Source of the DNA: an uncultured bacterium
Lineage (GTDB): Bacteria > Chloroflexota > UBA5177 > JANWHV01
NCBI GenBank assembly: GCA_963729625.1
Contig: CAVSOU010000011.1
Coordinates: 768,001-832,000 of the forward strand
DNA length: 64,000 bases
Reading direction: 5' to 3'
The notes under the pieces are model-generated. The model was not told the DNA's origin. It ran no database searches and saw only the letters and a program-made list of their open reading frames with translations. Shown here piece after piece: positions 50,076-59,881 of the stretch (the stretch's first letter is position 1; every line of letters begins with the position of its first letter). The position numbers and the translations under genes are program-made.

Positions 50076-52598
50076 ATGATTCGACTCGTTGGAGGTGCCG
50101 CGTACCGAGCGCGTTGGCTGGTGCTGGTCCTCTGGCTGGCGGCCGTCGCTGCCGTGTCGCTCGTTCTACCCGATCTCGGCTCCGTGGTGACGCACCACGC
50201 GGTGCCAAACCTGCCGAGTTCGTCGACGGTCATCCAGGCGGAAGACCTGCTCGCGCATGTCGATCCTGCCCACCGGGCACGCAGCACGGCAGTGCTCGTG
50301 CTGCAGAGCGAGCACAAGCTGACTCAGCAGCAGCACGCCTACTTCTCGCAGGCAGTGGCGCGCATCGGCACGCATGCGGCGGCGTACAATCTCTCGAGTA
50401 TCGTCGATGCCGGCACAGCCGGTGCGGCGCTCGCATCGCAGTTCGTCAGCAAAGATGGACGCACCGTGTTAGCCATGGCTGGTTTCCCAACCGATGGCAT
50501 GAGTGACGCCACCATGAACGGCGTGGTGGCGCTGCGCGCCGCGCTGGCGAATCCACCGTCCGGCGCCCAGACATACGTCACCGGTGACGCCGCGATCAGG
50601 AGGGACACGGTCACCACGAGCCAGGACGGCGTGCAGAAGACCGCGGGCGTGACGATTGTCCTCGTCCTGGCCATTCTTCTTATCGTCTACCGCGCGCCGC
50701 TCGCCGCGCTCGTGCCACTTGTTGCTATTGGACTGAGCTTTCTAACAGCATCTCGCATCGTTGCCTCGCTTGGCGATCGAGGCCTGCCGGTCTCGTCCTT
50801 CACGCAGACGTTCCTCATCGCCGTCCTGTTCGGTGCGGGCACCGACTACTGCCTGCTCATCCTGTCACGTTTCCGCGAAGAGTTGTACCTGGCGCACGGC
50901 GACCGGCACGCCGCGCTCGATCGCACGCTCGCGGGTGTCGGCAAGACGGTTATCTTCAGCGGGCTTACCGTGCTCATTTCGTTCACAACCCTTTTCTTCG
51001 CGGGTTTCGGCATCTACCGGAGCGCCGCCGGGGTCTCTATCGGACTCGCCGTTACCCTTCTTGCATGCTTCACGTTGGTACCTGCCATGCTCGGCGTGCT
51101 CGGCCCGTACCTGTTCTGGCCGCGGCACCCCAAGCCCGGCGCCGAACACCCCGACTCACGCATCTGGGGCTGGACCGCGCGTGTTGCGATCGCGCGGCCC
51201 TGGATCACCGTGGCGGCCACCGTGGTGATCCTGGCGCCGATCGCGCTGCTGTTCCGAGGCCAACGCACGTTCGACCCGCTCGCGGAGTTCAGCAGCTCGC
51301 TGCCGTCGATCCAGGGTCTTCACGCGGTGTCCTCGGGGTTCGGTACCGGACGCGCACTCCCCATGGCAATCGTCCTGCAGACAGGGTCGAGCATGCGCAC
51401 GCCCGAAGGTCTCACGACGATCGACCGCATATCACAGACATTGGCCGCCCAAACCACGGTGCAGGAGGTGGACAGCGCGACGCAGCCGGCCGGAAGCACC
51501 CTGTCCGCCTTCCAGCTCAGCACGCGCGACGCAGAGGTGGCCCAGGCTCTGAGCACGCTGCATGCCGGCGCGGCGAGCCTCGGTTCAGGCTTGAGCGCGT
51601 CGGCGAGCCGCGTGCAGCAGATTCAGCGGTCAGTTGCCGCTCTCGGCGGCGGCGCGCAAGCAGCGCACGCTCTGGGCGATCTGAACGTCGCGCTCCAGAA
51701 ACAGACACTCGGCGCCACACGCCTGGCGACGGGCACAGTCCAGCTTCAGAGCGTACTCGCGGCGAGCTCGGGCGCGGCGATGCAGGGTGATCCGGGCTTC
51801 TATGTGCCCGAATCCGTCATCGCGCGGAGTGCACCACTGCGCGGTGCGCTCGACGCCTACGTCTCGTCGGACGGGCACATCGCCAAGTTCACGGTGATCC
51901 TCAAGGGAAATCCTTACGCGGAAACCGCGGTTGAGGCCGTGCCGCGGCTCGTCCAGGCCGCGCAGGTGGCGCTCTCCGCCAGTCCGATCAATGCTGGCAC
52001 TGTACGTCCGGCCCAGACGACGCCGGAGCAGTGGGATCTCAACAACGTATCTCAGGATGACTTCCTGCGCACGGCCTTGCTTGTCGTGGCCACCGTGCTT
52101 GTGCTGCTGATCGTGCTGCTCCGCTCGATCGTGGCGCCGCTCTACGTCATCTTCTCGCTGGTAGGAGCCTACTTCGTCACCATGACGTCGGTTGAGTGGA
52201 TCTACGTCGACCTGGCGGGCAAGCCGGGCCTGAGCTGGGCGGTACCCTTCTTCATCTTCTTCCTGCTTATCGCGCTTGGCGTCGACTACAGCATCTTCCT
52301 GATGTCCCGCTTTGACGAGGAGTACGTGCGCCGGCCGTCGGCAGGTGCTGCAATGCAGGCAGCCTTGCGCGCGATGGGCGTCGTGATCTTCTCCGCCGCA
52401 TCGATCATGGCGGGCACGTTTGGCTCGCTCACCGCCTCCGGCATTACCACACTGCTGGAGATCGGCACGGGCATCATCATTGGCCTGCTGCTCTACGCCG
52501 TGGTCATGCTCGGGTTCTTCGTCCCGGCCTGTGCCGCGATCGTCGCGCGCGGCCACCACTGGCCGCTCAAACATGCGGCCGAGGGCGCAGGCGCCTGA
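50076..52598 (+). CDS. MMPL family transporter with helical heptad insert
   Basis: GAGTDYCLLILSRFREE and ALGVDYSIFLMSRFDE. L..G heptad segment in second loop. SD AAGGAG. Confidence 0.93.
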   Translation: MIRLVGGAAYRARWLVLVLWLAAVAAVSLVLPDLGSVVTHHAVPNLPSSSTVIQAEDLLAHVDPAHRARSTAVLVLQSEHKLTQQQHAYFSQAVARIGTHAAAYNLSSIVDAGTAGAALASQFVSKDGRTVLAMAGFPTDGMSDATMNGVVALRAALANPPSGAQTYVTGDAAIRRDTVTTSQDGVQKTAGVTIVLVLAILLIVYRAPLAALVPLVAIGLSFLTASRIVASLGDRGLPVSSFTQTFLIAVLFGAGTDYCLLILSRFREELYLAHGDRHAALDRTLAGVGKTVIFSGLTVLISFTTLFFAGFGIYRSAAGVSIGLAVTLLACFTLVPAMLGVLGPYLFWPRHPKPGAEHPDSRIWGWTARVAIARPWITVAATVVILAPIALLFRGQRTFDPLAEFSSSLPSIQGLHAVSSGFGTGRALPMAIVLQTGSSMRTPEGLTTIDRISQTLAAQTTVQEVDSATQPAGSTLSAFQLSTRDAEVAQALSTLHAGAASLGSGLSASASRVQQIQRSVAALGGGAQAAHALGDLNVALQKQTLGATRLATGTVQLQSVLAASSGAAMQGDPGFYVPESVIARSAPLRGALDAYVSSDGHIAKFTVILKGNPYAETAVEAVPRLVQAAQVALSASPINAGTVRPAQTTPEQWDLNNVSQDDFLRTALLVVATVLVLLIVLLRSIVAPLYVIFSLVGAYFVTMTSVEWIYVDLAGKPGLSWAVPFFIFFLLIALGVDYSIFLMSRFDEEYVRRPSAGAAMQAALRAMGVVIFSAASIMAGTFGSLTASGITTLLEIGTGIIIGLLLYAVVMLGFFVPACAAIVARGHHWPLKHAAEGAGA

Positions 52599-52860
52599 GA
52601 CGCGTTCGCTCCGTCTGGACCCGCTTCCGCCCGCCAGCGCTTCCCAGCGGTGCACGGACGCAGTATTGCTCATCAGTGGGATCACGTGCACCTGGTTCTG
52701 CACCAACGGTCGCCGCTGCTGCCGCAAGCCGAACGTCTGTCGCGTGGCTCGCGCTGCGCTATCGATCGCCTGCATACTGAGGCTACGGCCAATCCAGGCT
52801 GATGCGGGGCCTGGTGACCGGCCACACCGACATGCAGTGTGGCGATCGAGGAGGAGAAAC

Positions 52861-53952
52861 GTGAATATTGCCGAGCTCGACACGCCCAGCCTGATCGTCG
52901 ATCTCGATCGGCTGGAAGCGAACCTTCAGCGCATGGCGGAAATCAGCCGGGCAACTGGCGTCTCAATCCGACCTCACGCGAAGACACACAAGATTCCCGA
53001 GATCGGCAGGCTGCAGATCGCCGCGGGCAGCTCCGGGCTTACCGTGGCCAAGCTCGGCGAGGCGGAGGTGTTCGCCGAGCATGGCCTTGACGACCTGTTC
53101 ATCGCCTACCCGCTTTGGGGCGAGCAGAAGTGGGAGCGTCTGTGCCGTCTGGCCGCCAGAATACAGGTACGCGTGGCGGCTGATTCCTGCGAGGTGGTCG
53201 ACGGCATCTCGCGCGCCGCGACCCGCCACGGACTGCGTATTCGCGTGCGGCTCGAGATGGAGAGCGGCATGGAGCGGTGCGGCCTGCAGTCGCCCGAGCA
53301 GGCGATCGCGCTAGCCCGACAGATGGAGGATCTTCCGGGCGTCGAGCTCGTCGGACTCATGGAGTATGCGGGCCACAGCCTGCAGCAGCCCACCGTAGAG
53401 GGCATCAGGGCCGCCGGTGTGGCGGAGGCCGAACACCTGGTCGGCGTTGCGAAGGCGCTGCGGCGCGAGGGGTTTGCAGTGCCCGAGCTGAGCGTCGCCG
53501 GCACGCCATCCGGTCCCGCGGCCGCGCGCGTCCCGGGCATCACGGAGATTCGCCCTGGCACCTACCTCTTTTCCGACCGGACGCAGGTGGCGACCGGGTG
53601 GAGCAGCCTGGACGAATGCGCGTTGACTGTGCTGGCCACCGTGGTGAGCCGCCCCACATCGACGCGGGCGGTCGTCGACGGCGGATCCAAGACCTTCAGC
53701 AACGACGCCGCGGTGCGGTCGCCGGGCTTCGGGGCCGTACTTGGACACGAGGACTATGCGCTTGTCAGGCTGAGCGAAGAGCACGGGGTGATCACTGTTC
53801 CCGACGGCAGCCGTCTGCCCATCGGTACCCGGCTGCGCATCGTGCCGAACCACGTCTGCGCCTGCATCAATCTGCACGATAGCGTCGCGGCCGTGCGGGG
53901 CGAAGAGGTAGTAGCGATATGGCAGGTGGCCGCGCGGGGGAAGGTGCAGTAG
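52861..53952 (+). CDS. D-threonine aldolase / D-serine dehydratase (DSD1)-like PLP enzyme
   Basis: LDTP, RPHAKTHK, EIRPGTYLF.D, DGGSK, SEEHG, PNHVC. GTG follows GAGGAG. Confidence 0.9.
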   Translation: MNIAELDTPSLIVDLDRLEANLQRMAEISRATGVSIRPHAKTHKIPEIGRLQIAAGSSGLTVAKLGEAEVFAEHGLDDLFIAYPLWGEQKWERLCRLAARIQVRVAADSCEVVDGISRAATRHGLRIRVRLEMESGMERCGLQSPEQAIALARQMEDLPGVELVGLMEYAGHSLQQPTVEGIRAAGVAEAEHLVGVAKALRREGFAVPELSVAGTPSGPAAARVPGITEIRPGTYLFSDRTQVATGWSSLDECALTVLATVVSRPTSTRAVVDGGSKTFSNDAAVRSPGFGAVLGHEDYALVRLSEEHGVITVPDGSRLPIGTRLRIVPNHVCACINLHDSVAAVRGEEVVAIWQVAARGKVQ

Positions 53953-54129
53953 CGACAGTGTTGTCAGGGCCTGGGCGTCCGTCTACGCGTACATCCCCGG
54001 GGATGCCTGAGTGCAATGGGCAATCGTATACGCCGGGTCCGCGGCTTAACACGCGCACAGTGCATAACAAAGCTATCGACGATAACCGGCCCCGTCGAGA
54101 CGGCGCGCCAGGTATGCCTGCTTACGCCA

Positions 54130-55353
54130 TCAGATGGCGCCGGCTGGCTGAATGCCGCTCTCAGACGTCGCCGGCGCATCGTTTTCCTCCGCCTTTACGG
54201 TCAGCAGGGCGACCAGTGCCGCAGCCACCGAAAGTAGCAGGACGAAGAAGATGCTGCGATAGCCCCAGAGTGCCACCATGCCCGCCGCCAGGAAGCTGGA
54301 GAAGAATGCGGAGATCGATTCGGCTGCCGACTTCAACCCGGCGAAGACGCCCGTGCGCTGCGAGGGGATGAGTGTCGTCAGCAGCGGCCACGACAGCGCA
54401 TTGTAGGCGCCATTCCCGATGCCGGCTACCACCAGCAGAGGGAGGACCTGGAGCGCTGTCTGGACCGGAAGCGCCAGCGCCGAAGCCACGGCGATCAGGA
54501 AAAGGCCGCCCACCAGCACCGGCTTCATCCCCACCTTCTCGGCCAGCTTGGCAGAGGGCACGACGAATAGTCCCGTAAGCAGCACCAACACCAGGGCAAG
54601 CTTGAGCGCATCTCCGTCGGAGACGTGAAGCACCTTCGTCGCGTATCGAGTGAGGTTCACAAGAATGGTGTTGACGCCGATGTTGTACAGCGCCAGGGCA
54701 AGCAGATAGCGTGCGGCGGCGTGATGAGTGCGCAGCGACTGTACGTACGCCGCGAATGGGGTGCGCGGCTCGAGCTGAACCTGTTGCCTGTCCTCCGAAA
54801 CTCCCACAACCGTGAGGGCAAACATGCCCAGAATCACGATCGCCACTATGGGATAAATCGGTGTGGGGATGTGCTTCTGATCGGCAAGCGCCAGGAGCAG
54901 GCCGGCCTGGCTGACGAGCGTGACCACGTTGGAGATCGCATTGAGCAGCGGCCGTTGCCTCACCGGCGCTATGTCCGCCTGCAGGGCATTGTAGGGATCG
55001 GACGCGATGTTGTAGAGGAGTGAAAAGAGAAATACGCACAGGGCAGTAAATCCAAGGTTTGGCGCCATCGGAGTGAGCACGATAAAGACGGCGCTGAGCG
55101 GAATAGCCACTGCCATGAACGGCCGGCGGCGACCAAGGCGCGTCCAGATGCGATCGCTCCAGGCGCCGATCGTGGGCTGCACGACCGTGCCCTCAATCGA
55201 GCGCGTGTTGCTCAGCAGATTGACGATCAGGCCCGGTGCTCCCTTCAGCAGGAGCGGTAACACGAAGTTGTTGAACGCGTTGAACACACCTGAGCCAATA
55301 GAGGCCGCGCTGTAGAAGGCCATCGTGCGACGGGAGACCGGCCGAGGGTTCAT
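54130..55353 (-). CDS. MFS transporter (sugar/GPH-like)
   Basis: VQPTIGAWSDRIWTRLGRRRPF, PYNALQAD, about 12 TM. SD GAGG. Confidence 0.9.
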   Translation of the reverse strand: MNPRPVSRRTMAFYSAASIGSGVFNAFNNFVLPLLLKGAPGLIVNLLSNTRSIEGTVVQPTIGAWSDRIWTRLGRRRPFMAVAIPLSAVFIVLTPMAPNLGFTALCVFLFSLLYNIASDPYNALQADIAPVRQRPLLNAISNVVTLVSQAGLLLALADQKHIPTPIYPIVAIVILGMFALTVVGVSEDRQQVQLEPRTPFAAYVQSLRTHHAAARYLLALALYNIGVNTILVNLTRYATKVLHVSDGDALKLALVLVLLTGLFVVPSAKLAEKVGMKPVLVGGLFLIAVASALALPVQTALQVLPLLVVAGIGNGAYNALSWPLLTTLIPSQRTGVFAGLKSAAESISAFFSSFLAAGMVALWGYRSIFFVLLLSVAAALVALLTVKAEENDAPATSESGIQPAGAI

Positions 55354-55684
55354 TCTGACCACCTCTCCGAGACAGGACGCTGCACTCTTCGTATCGAGCG
55401 CCACGCGACCTGACCGCAGCATATGCGTGCCACCGCTCTCGTTCCCAGGGCACGCACTCTATGACGCTCTCATCAGCTCCTGATCAACCCCAGTGAGAGT
55501 TTGGTAGAGCTTCTGCACTCCACGTGATAGCTGTCGCCGCCCTAGAATGCACTCACTGTATCTCACGGAAGCGCGCACAGTCTCCCCGCTACCGGCGAGT
55601 CCGAATGGTGTGGAGTGACTGCACGCAGCGATTCGGTTTTCAGGCGCGCACATGCGCGCTATTCTTGACGGGAGGTAGCAGCAT

Positions 55685-58411
55685 ATGGCAATGAAGGCGG
55701 CGAGCCCTACCGGCACTACCATGCGATCCGACGATACGGGCTCTGGGCCTCTCGCCCAGGACCTGTTCCTGGCAATCGCCGACCGCTGCCGCCGGCTGCC
55801 GGACGCTCCCGTGGTCGGAGGCCAGGAAGGTCTCCGCTGGAAGACACTGGCCGGCAGCCAATTCCTCGATCGCGTGGAAGCGCTGGCCCGCGATCTGCAC
55901 GCTCGCGGCGTCACCGCGGGCAGCCGCGTCGTGCTCTGGGTGCCGAACGGGTGGCGTACCCCGGCACTCTTCGCCGCCATCTGGCGCCTCGGCGCCATCG
56001 CGGTGCCTTTCGACCGCGAGATGAACGTTGAGGCAGCTCGTGCCATCCTCGATCGCGTGCGTCCGGCACTGGTGATCACCGGGTATAACCAGCCGCCGTC
56101 GTGGACCTCTGAATCGACCGCTGAAGAATGGTGGGAGCCGGGTCGCGCGGCGGGAATCGCTGCCCAGCCAGAGCCCGATGGGGACCGTGTAGCCGTGATC
56201 TACTTCACGTCCGGCACGACCGGGGCGCCCAAGGGCTGTACCCTCACGCATCGCAACCTGCTCTCTCAAGCTGCGATCATGCCGCGGTTGGTACCGCTGA
56301 AGCCCGGCGATGTTCTTGGCAGCATTTTGCCGCTCTCGCACATCTACGAGCTTAGCTGCGGCATGATCTACCCTATCGTGCAGGGCGCCCACGTTGCGTA
56401 TATCCCATCCCGCAAGGGGCCGGATATCGTGCGGGTGCTGAAGGAGCAGCGTGTCACCCACATGGTGGTGGTCCCGCAGGTACTCAGCCTCATGGGCGGC
56501 GCTGCCGAAGAGCGGCTGCGGAAGCTGCTGGGCGATACACGCTACCAGCGCGTCCTGCGACTGGCGGATCGCCTGCCCATGCAGTGGCGCCGTCTGCTCT
56601 TCTGGCCGATTCTGCATCGTCTCGGCGGCCGTCTGCGGCTTATCGCCAGCGGCGGTGCCGCGCTGAACCCCGAGGTACAGCGGCTTTGGGAGCGCATGGG
56701 TATCCGCACCGTGCAAGGGTACGGCGCGAGCGAATGCTCGCCGATGATCGCCTGCGGCCATGTGGACGGCAGTACGCCCTATGGGACCGTAGGCACGCCC
56801 GTTCCAGGGGTGGAAGCACGCATAGACGAGAGCGGCCAGTTGCTTATCCGTGGCCCTAACGTCATGCAGGGCTACTGGGAGGACCCGGAGCGCACGGCCC
56901 AGGTCATGACCGCCGACGGCTTCTACGCGACAGGCGACATCGTGGAGCGCGATACCCACGGGAACATCACGATCATGGGCCGTGCCCAGGAGCTGCTCGT
57001 GCTTCCTTCTGGGATGAATGTGTGGCCCGACGATGTAGAAGATCAGCTGCGGAAGCTCGACATGGTCAAGGATGCCGTCGTACTTCTGGTTCCCGGTGCT
57101 TCGGGCGGCGCGACATTGCACGCCTATCTGCTGCCTGCCGGCGCGCGCGACCCACAGGTCATCCCCGGAATTGTCGCCACCGCCAACGGGCATCTCGCGG
57201 TGCATCAGCGCGTGGCGACTGCCTCATGGTGGCCGGAAGACGACTTTCCGCGCACGTCTACGCTCAAGATCAAGCGACGTCTGATCCCGATTCCGGACCG
57301 TCTGCAAGCGCACGCGCAATCGACGCAACAGGTCGATGTAACCCAGGCAGGCGACGATCCGGTCGCCGCGGCTCTGCGCGCGGTGACCACCGGCGCGGCC
57401 ACACGGGACGAACAGTCGCTGGCTGAGCTGGGGCTGGACAGCCTTGGTCTGGTCGGCCTGCTTGTCGAGATCGAGAGCCGGACAGGTCTCACCATCCCCG
57501 AAGGGACGCTCGAGACGTCCATGACGCTCGCCGCGCTGCGTCTCGCCGTTTCGGCGGTCGCGACCGGAACGGAGTGGCCCGGGATCGGCGACACACCCAC
57601 CGAAGACCGCGTGAAGCGTGCCGAGGAAGCGCACACGTGGTTGCCTCCGCTCTGGCTGTACACCAAGGCGCGCGCGCTTCGCCGGCTGCGGACGCCAATT
57701 GACATGCTGCATCGGCGCGCGGTGCCAGAAGTCATCGTTCTCGGCACGGAGCACCTCGAGATACTGCGTCGCGGCGCCATCGTGGCCGGCACTCACCGTA
57801 GCTTCGCGGACGTGCCGACGATGCAGCGCGCGGTGGCTGAGGCTGCATCGCGTGACATCGCCGACCGGCTCACTGTTGCCGCCTCGTCGGTCATTGTCGG
57901 GCGGGCGGGATGGCTTGGCCGTCTCACTACCGTTGGCTTCGGCCTGTTTCCGTTGCGCCAGTATGGCGGCCAGGAAGAGAGCCTGCGCCGCCTCGCTCAG
58001 ATCGCCGACGCGGGCAACTCGATCCTGCTGTTCCCCCAGGGTCACCACACTGACCCGGAAGACGAGCGACAGGCGCTGCCGGCCGCTGATTTCAAGCCGG
58101 GCATCGGCCACCTGGCCGCCGATCTGGACCTGCCGGTTTTACCGTTCGGCATGGCGGGTACCGAACGTGTCGTGGCGCCTCGTACGCCTGAGAGCTTCAC
58201 CGGAGTGGTCATTGCCGGCATTCCGGTGCGCTATCACCGCCAGCCGGTGGCCGTGGCCTTTGGAGCACCAATGCAGCCTGAGGTGAGCGAGAGCGCCGCG
58301 GCATTCGTCCGGCGGCTGCAAACCGCCTGTTACGCCCTGGCCCGACAGGCTGAAGCCGCGCTGGCCGATCGCTCCTCCTCGGGCGCCCGAACAGGGTTGC
58401 GCAAGGAGTAG
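55685..58411 (+). CDS. AMP-dependent acyl ligase - acyl carrier protein - PlsC-type acyltransferase fusion
   Basis: YFTSGTTGAPKG, QGYGASE, TGD. Carrier motif LGLDSL. Acyltransferase HRSFAD (HX4D), FPQG, FKPGIG. Confidence 0.88.
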   Translation: MAMKAASPTGTTMRSDDTGSGPLAQDLFLAIADRCRRLPDAPVVGGQEGLRWKTLAGSQFLDRVEALARDLHARGVTAGSRVVLWVPNGWRTPALFAAIWRLGAIAVPFDREMNVEAARAILDRVRPALVITGYNQPPSWTSESTAEEWWEPGRAAGIAAQPEPDGDRVAVIYFTSGTTGAPKGCTLTHRNLLSQAAIMPRLVPLKPGDVLGSILPLSHIYELSCGMIYPIVQGAHVAYIPSRKGPDIVRVLKEQRVTHMVVVPQVLSLMGGAAEERLRKLLGDTRYQRVLRLADRLPMQWRRLLFWPILHRLGGRLRLIASGGAALNPEVQRLWERMGIRTVQGYGASECSPMIACGHVDGSTPYGTVGTPVPGVEARIDESGQLLIRGPNVMQGYWEDPERTAQVMTADGFYATGDIVERDTHGNITIMGRAQELLVLPSGMNVWPDDVEDQLRKLDMVKDAVVLLVPGASGGATLHAYLLPAGARDPQVIPGIVATANGHLAVHQRVATASWWPEDDFPRTSTLKIKRRLIPIPDRLQAHAQSTQQVDVTQAGDDPVAAALRAVTTGAATRDEQSLAELGLDSLGLVGLLVEIESRTGLTIPEGTLETSMTLAALRLAVSAVATGTEWPGIGDTPTEDRVKRAEEAHTWLPPLWLYTKARALRRLRTPIDMLHRRAVPEVIVLGTEHLEILRRGAIVAGTHRSFADVPTMQRAVAEAASRDIADRLTVAASSVIVGRAGWLGRLTTVGFGLFPLRQYGGQEESLRRLAQIADAGNSILLFPQGHHTDPEDERQALPAADFKPGIGHLAADLDLPVLPFGMAGTERVVAPRTPESFTGVVIAGIPVRYHRQPVAVAFGAPMQPEVSESAAAFVRRLQTACYALARQAEAALADRSSSGARTGLRKE

Positions 58412-58470
58412 CCGCGAAGCGGGCTGCGTGGAGCGTCGCAGTGTCGCCCCGCCGGCCCCGGGTGTGTTTC

Positions 58471-58499
58471 TTTACACCGGCGCCGCCGCGTGCTAGGCT
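58471..58499 (+). promoter_or_regulatory. Sigma70-type promoter
   Basis: TTTACA-N17-TAGGCT with TGn extension. Confidence 0.5.
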
Positions 58500-58500
58500 A

Positions 58501-58694
58501 GGCAGCGTCGAATGAGCAGTGCTCATGCCGTGGATGCGTGGATCTGCAGCCCTAGAAAGGTCGGACGCCTGAGAGACTGAGAGCGACCAGGGAGCCGCCC
58601 CCTCCTCCTGACGCCTGCCCTTGTGTGGTCACCCCGGCCTGCAGGGAGCAACTGGTGAACCCGGCCACGACCGCATTGTCGTGTGCCGGTTTTT
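58501..58694 (+). ncRNA. Candidate structured leader/sRNA with T-box-like features
   Basis: Long-range helix 58501-58509/58610-58619, AGAAAG and ACTGAGAG boxes, UGGUCACC-bulged antiterminator, intrinsic terminator. Confidence 0.4.
58661..58694 (+). terminator. Intrinsic terminator
   Basis: CCGGC-CACGAC-cgcatt-GTCGTG-T-GCCGG-TTTTT. Confidence 0.7.
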
Positions 58695-59099
58695 CGTCCC
58701 CGGCGCGGAAGGAGCCTCTCGAAGCAGGTGAGCCTCGTCTTCGGCCTGGCTATCGCATTTACCCCTTCCGCGCCATCAGGGAGAGCCGCGGCGCTGAGAT
58801 CCAGCCAAATGGCGACAGGAGTGCTGCGCCAAGCGGGCCTCAGAGATAGGCGCGTCGGCAGGAACTGCCACGACCAGGGTGAACGCCCGGCACACGATGT
58901 GATCGGTCCTTTTCATTGACCCCGAGGCGGGTGAACAGACGCCTGCGCGGGCGCCGGTGACAGTTTTTGCGAGCAAATGGTCTACAGATGAGAGTGCTGA
59001 GGGGCGTAGGGTTTGGTCCATAGGGTCTGAGGTGATGACGCTGGCGCCGCGCATGTGGTGCATGCGTTCGGTCAGATGCTCCGGAAAGGAGACGCAGAC

Positions 59100-59753
59100 G
59101 TGGACGCGAACTTGGGAGTAGTGCTCTGGCTGGGAGCACTCGCGGCACTGGGATACGGGTTGCTATCGATGGGTCAACGAATTCGCCATATCCTCGCGCG
59201 TACGTTGACCTGGCTCATTCTGCTGCTCGCAGTCGGTCTGGCCTTTGCCTTTATCGGATACTTCGGATCGCTTGCCATCTTTATTGCCGGCGTCCTGCTG
59301 GCATCGTTTGCGGTACTGCTGGCCATCATCAGCGTGCTCATCGCAGGCGTCATCGGCCTGGTCACCGCCTTTGGCACGCGCTCTCCCAGTACGGCACACG
59401 ACCACGAGGCAGGGCGGGCCTATCCTGTGCCGGCTGCATATGGACCAGCCACCCCAAGCTTCGATGCGTTGAACGAGAAACCCGAAACGCAGCGACCTGG
59501 CATCGGCGAGCCGCACGGGCTTGGGCTTCTTGCCGGGCCGTCCGGCTCGATTGGAATGCCGTGCGATGGCTGGCTGGGCGGGTGGGTAGCAGTTGCTGCC
59601 ACCATGACACCGGCGACCGCGGACATAGCCGGCTCGACTCACTCGCCGGCCAATCCTGTGGAGGACGGCTCCGATGCAGGTGAGCTGCCGAGCGTAGCAG
59701 CACCGACGGAAGGAGTCGAGCCCATGCCGCAGACTCGCACGCTGACGCTATGA
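59100..59753 (+). CDS. Hypothetical membrane protein
   Basis: Three or four N-terminal hydrophobic helices and a Pro/Ala-rich tail. GTG follows AAGGAG. Confidence 0.6.
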   Translation: MDANLGVVLWLGALAALGYGLLSMGQRIRHILARTLTWLILLLAVGLAFAFIGYFGSLAIFIAGVLLASFAVLLAIISVLIAGVIGLVTAFGTRSPSTAHDHEAGRAYPVPAAYGPATPSFDALNEKPETQRPGIGEPHGLGLLAGPSGSIGMPCDGWLGGWVAVAATMTPATADIAGSTHSPANPVEDGSDAGELPSVAAPTEGVEPMPQTRTLTL

Positions 59754-59881
59754 ACCGTCGATCCATCAGTGCCAAGCAGTCAAGGTCCCGAGCCCGTTCG
59801 ACCTATCGCGCACGGTGAGAAAGCGTGCATGCCGGCGCTGTCCCGGAGCTCGGGCAGACGCGGCTGAAAGGGGGAAGTGCG

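Noticed and set aside
55640-57205. 521-aa minus ORF and similar long antisense ORFs (14322-15635, 15816-16943, 45862-47361, 51630-52883, 62138-63262)
   Set aside because: They lie opposite well-supported genes and have no motifs.
58555-58620. ZTP (pfl) riboswitch, PyrR site or 6S RNA as identity of the leader
   Set aside because: Lacks GACUGGCG/CGCCUGGG (ZTP) and a paired AGUCCAGAGAGGCU hairpin (PyrR). No clear end-to-end rod with central bubble (6S).
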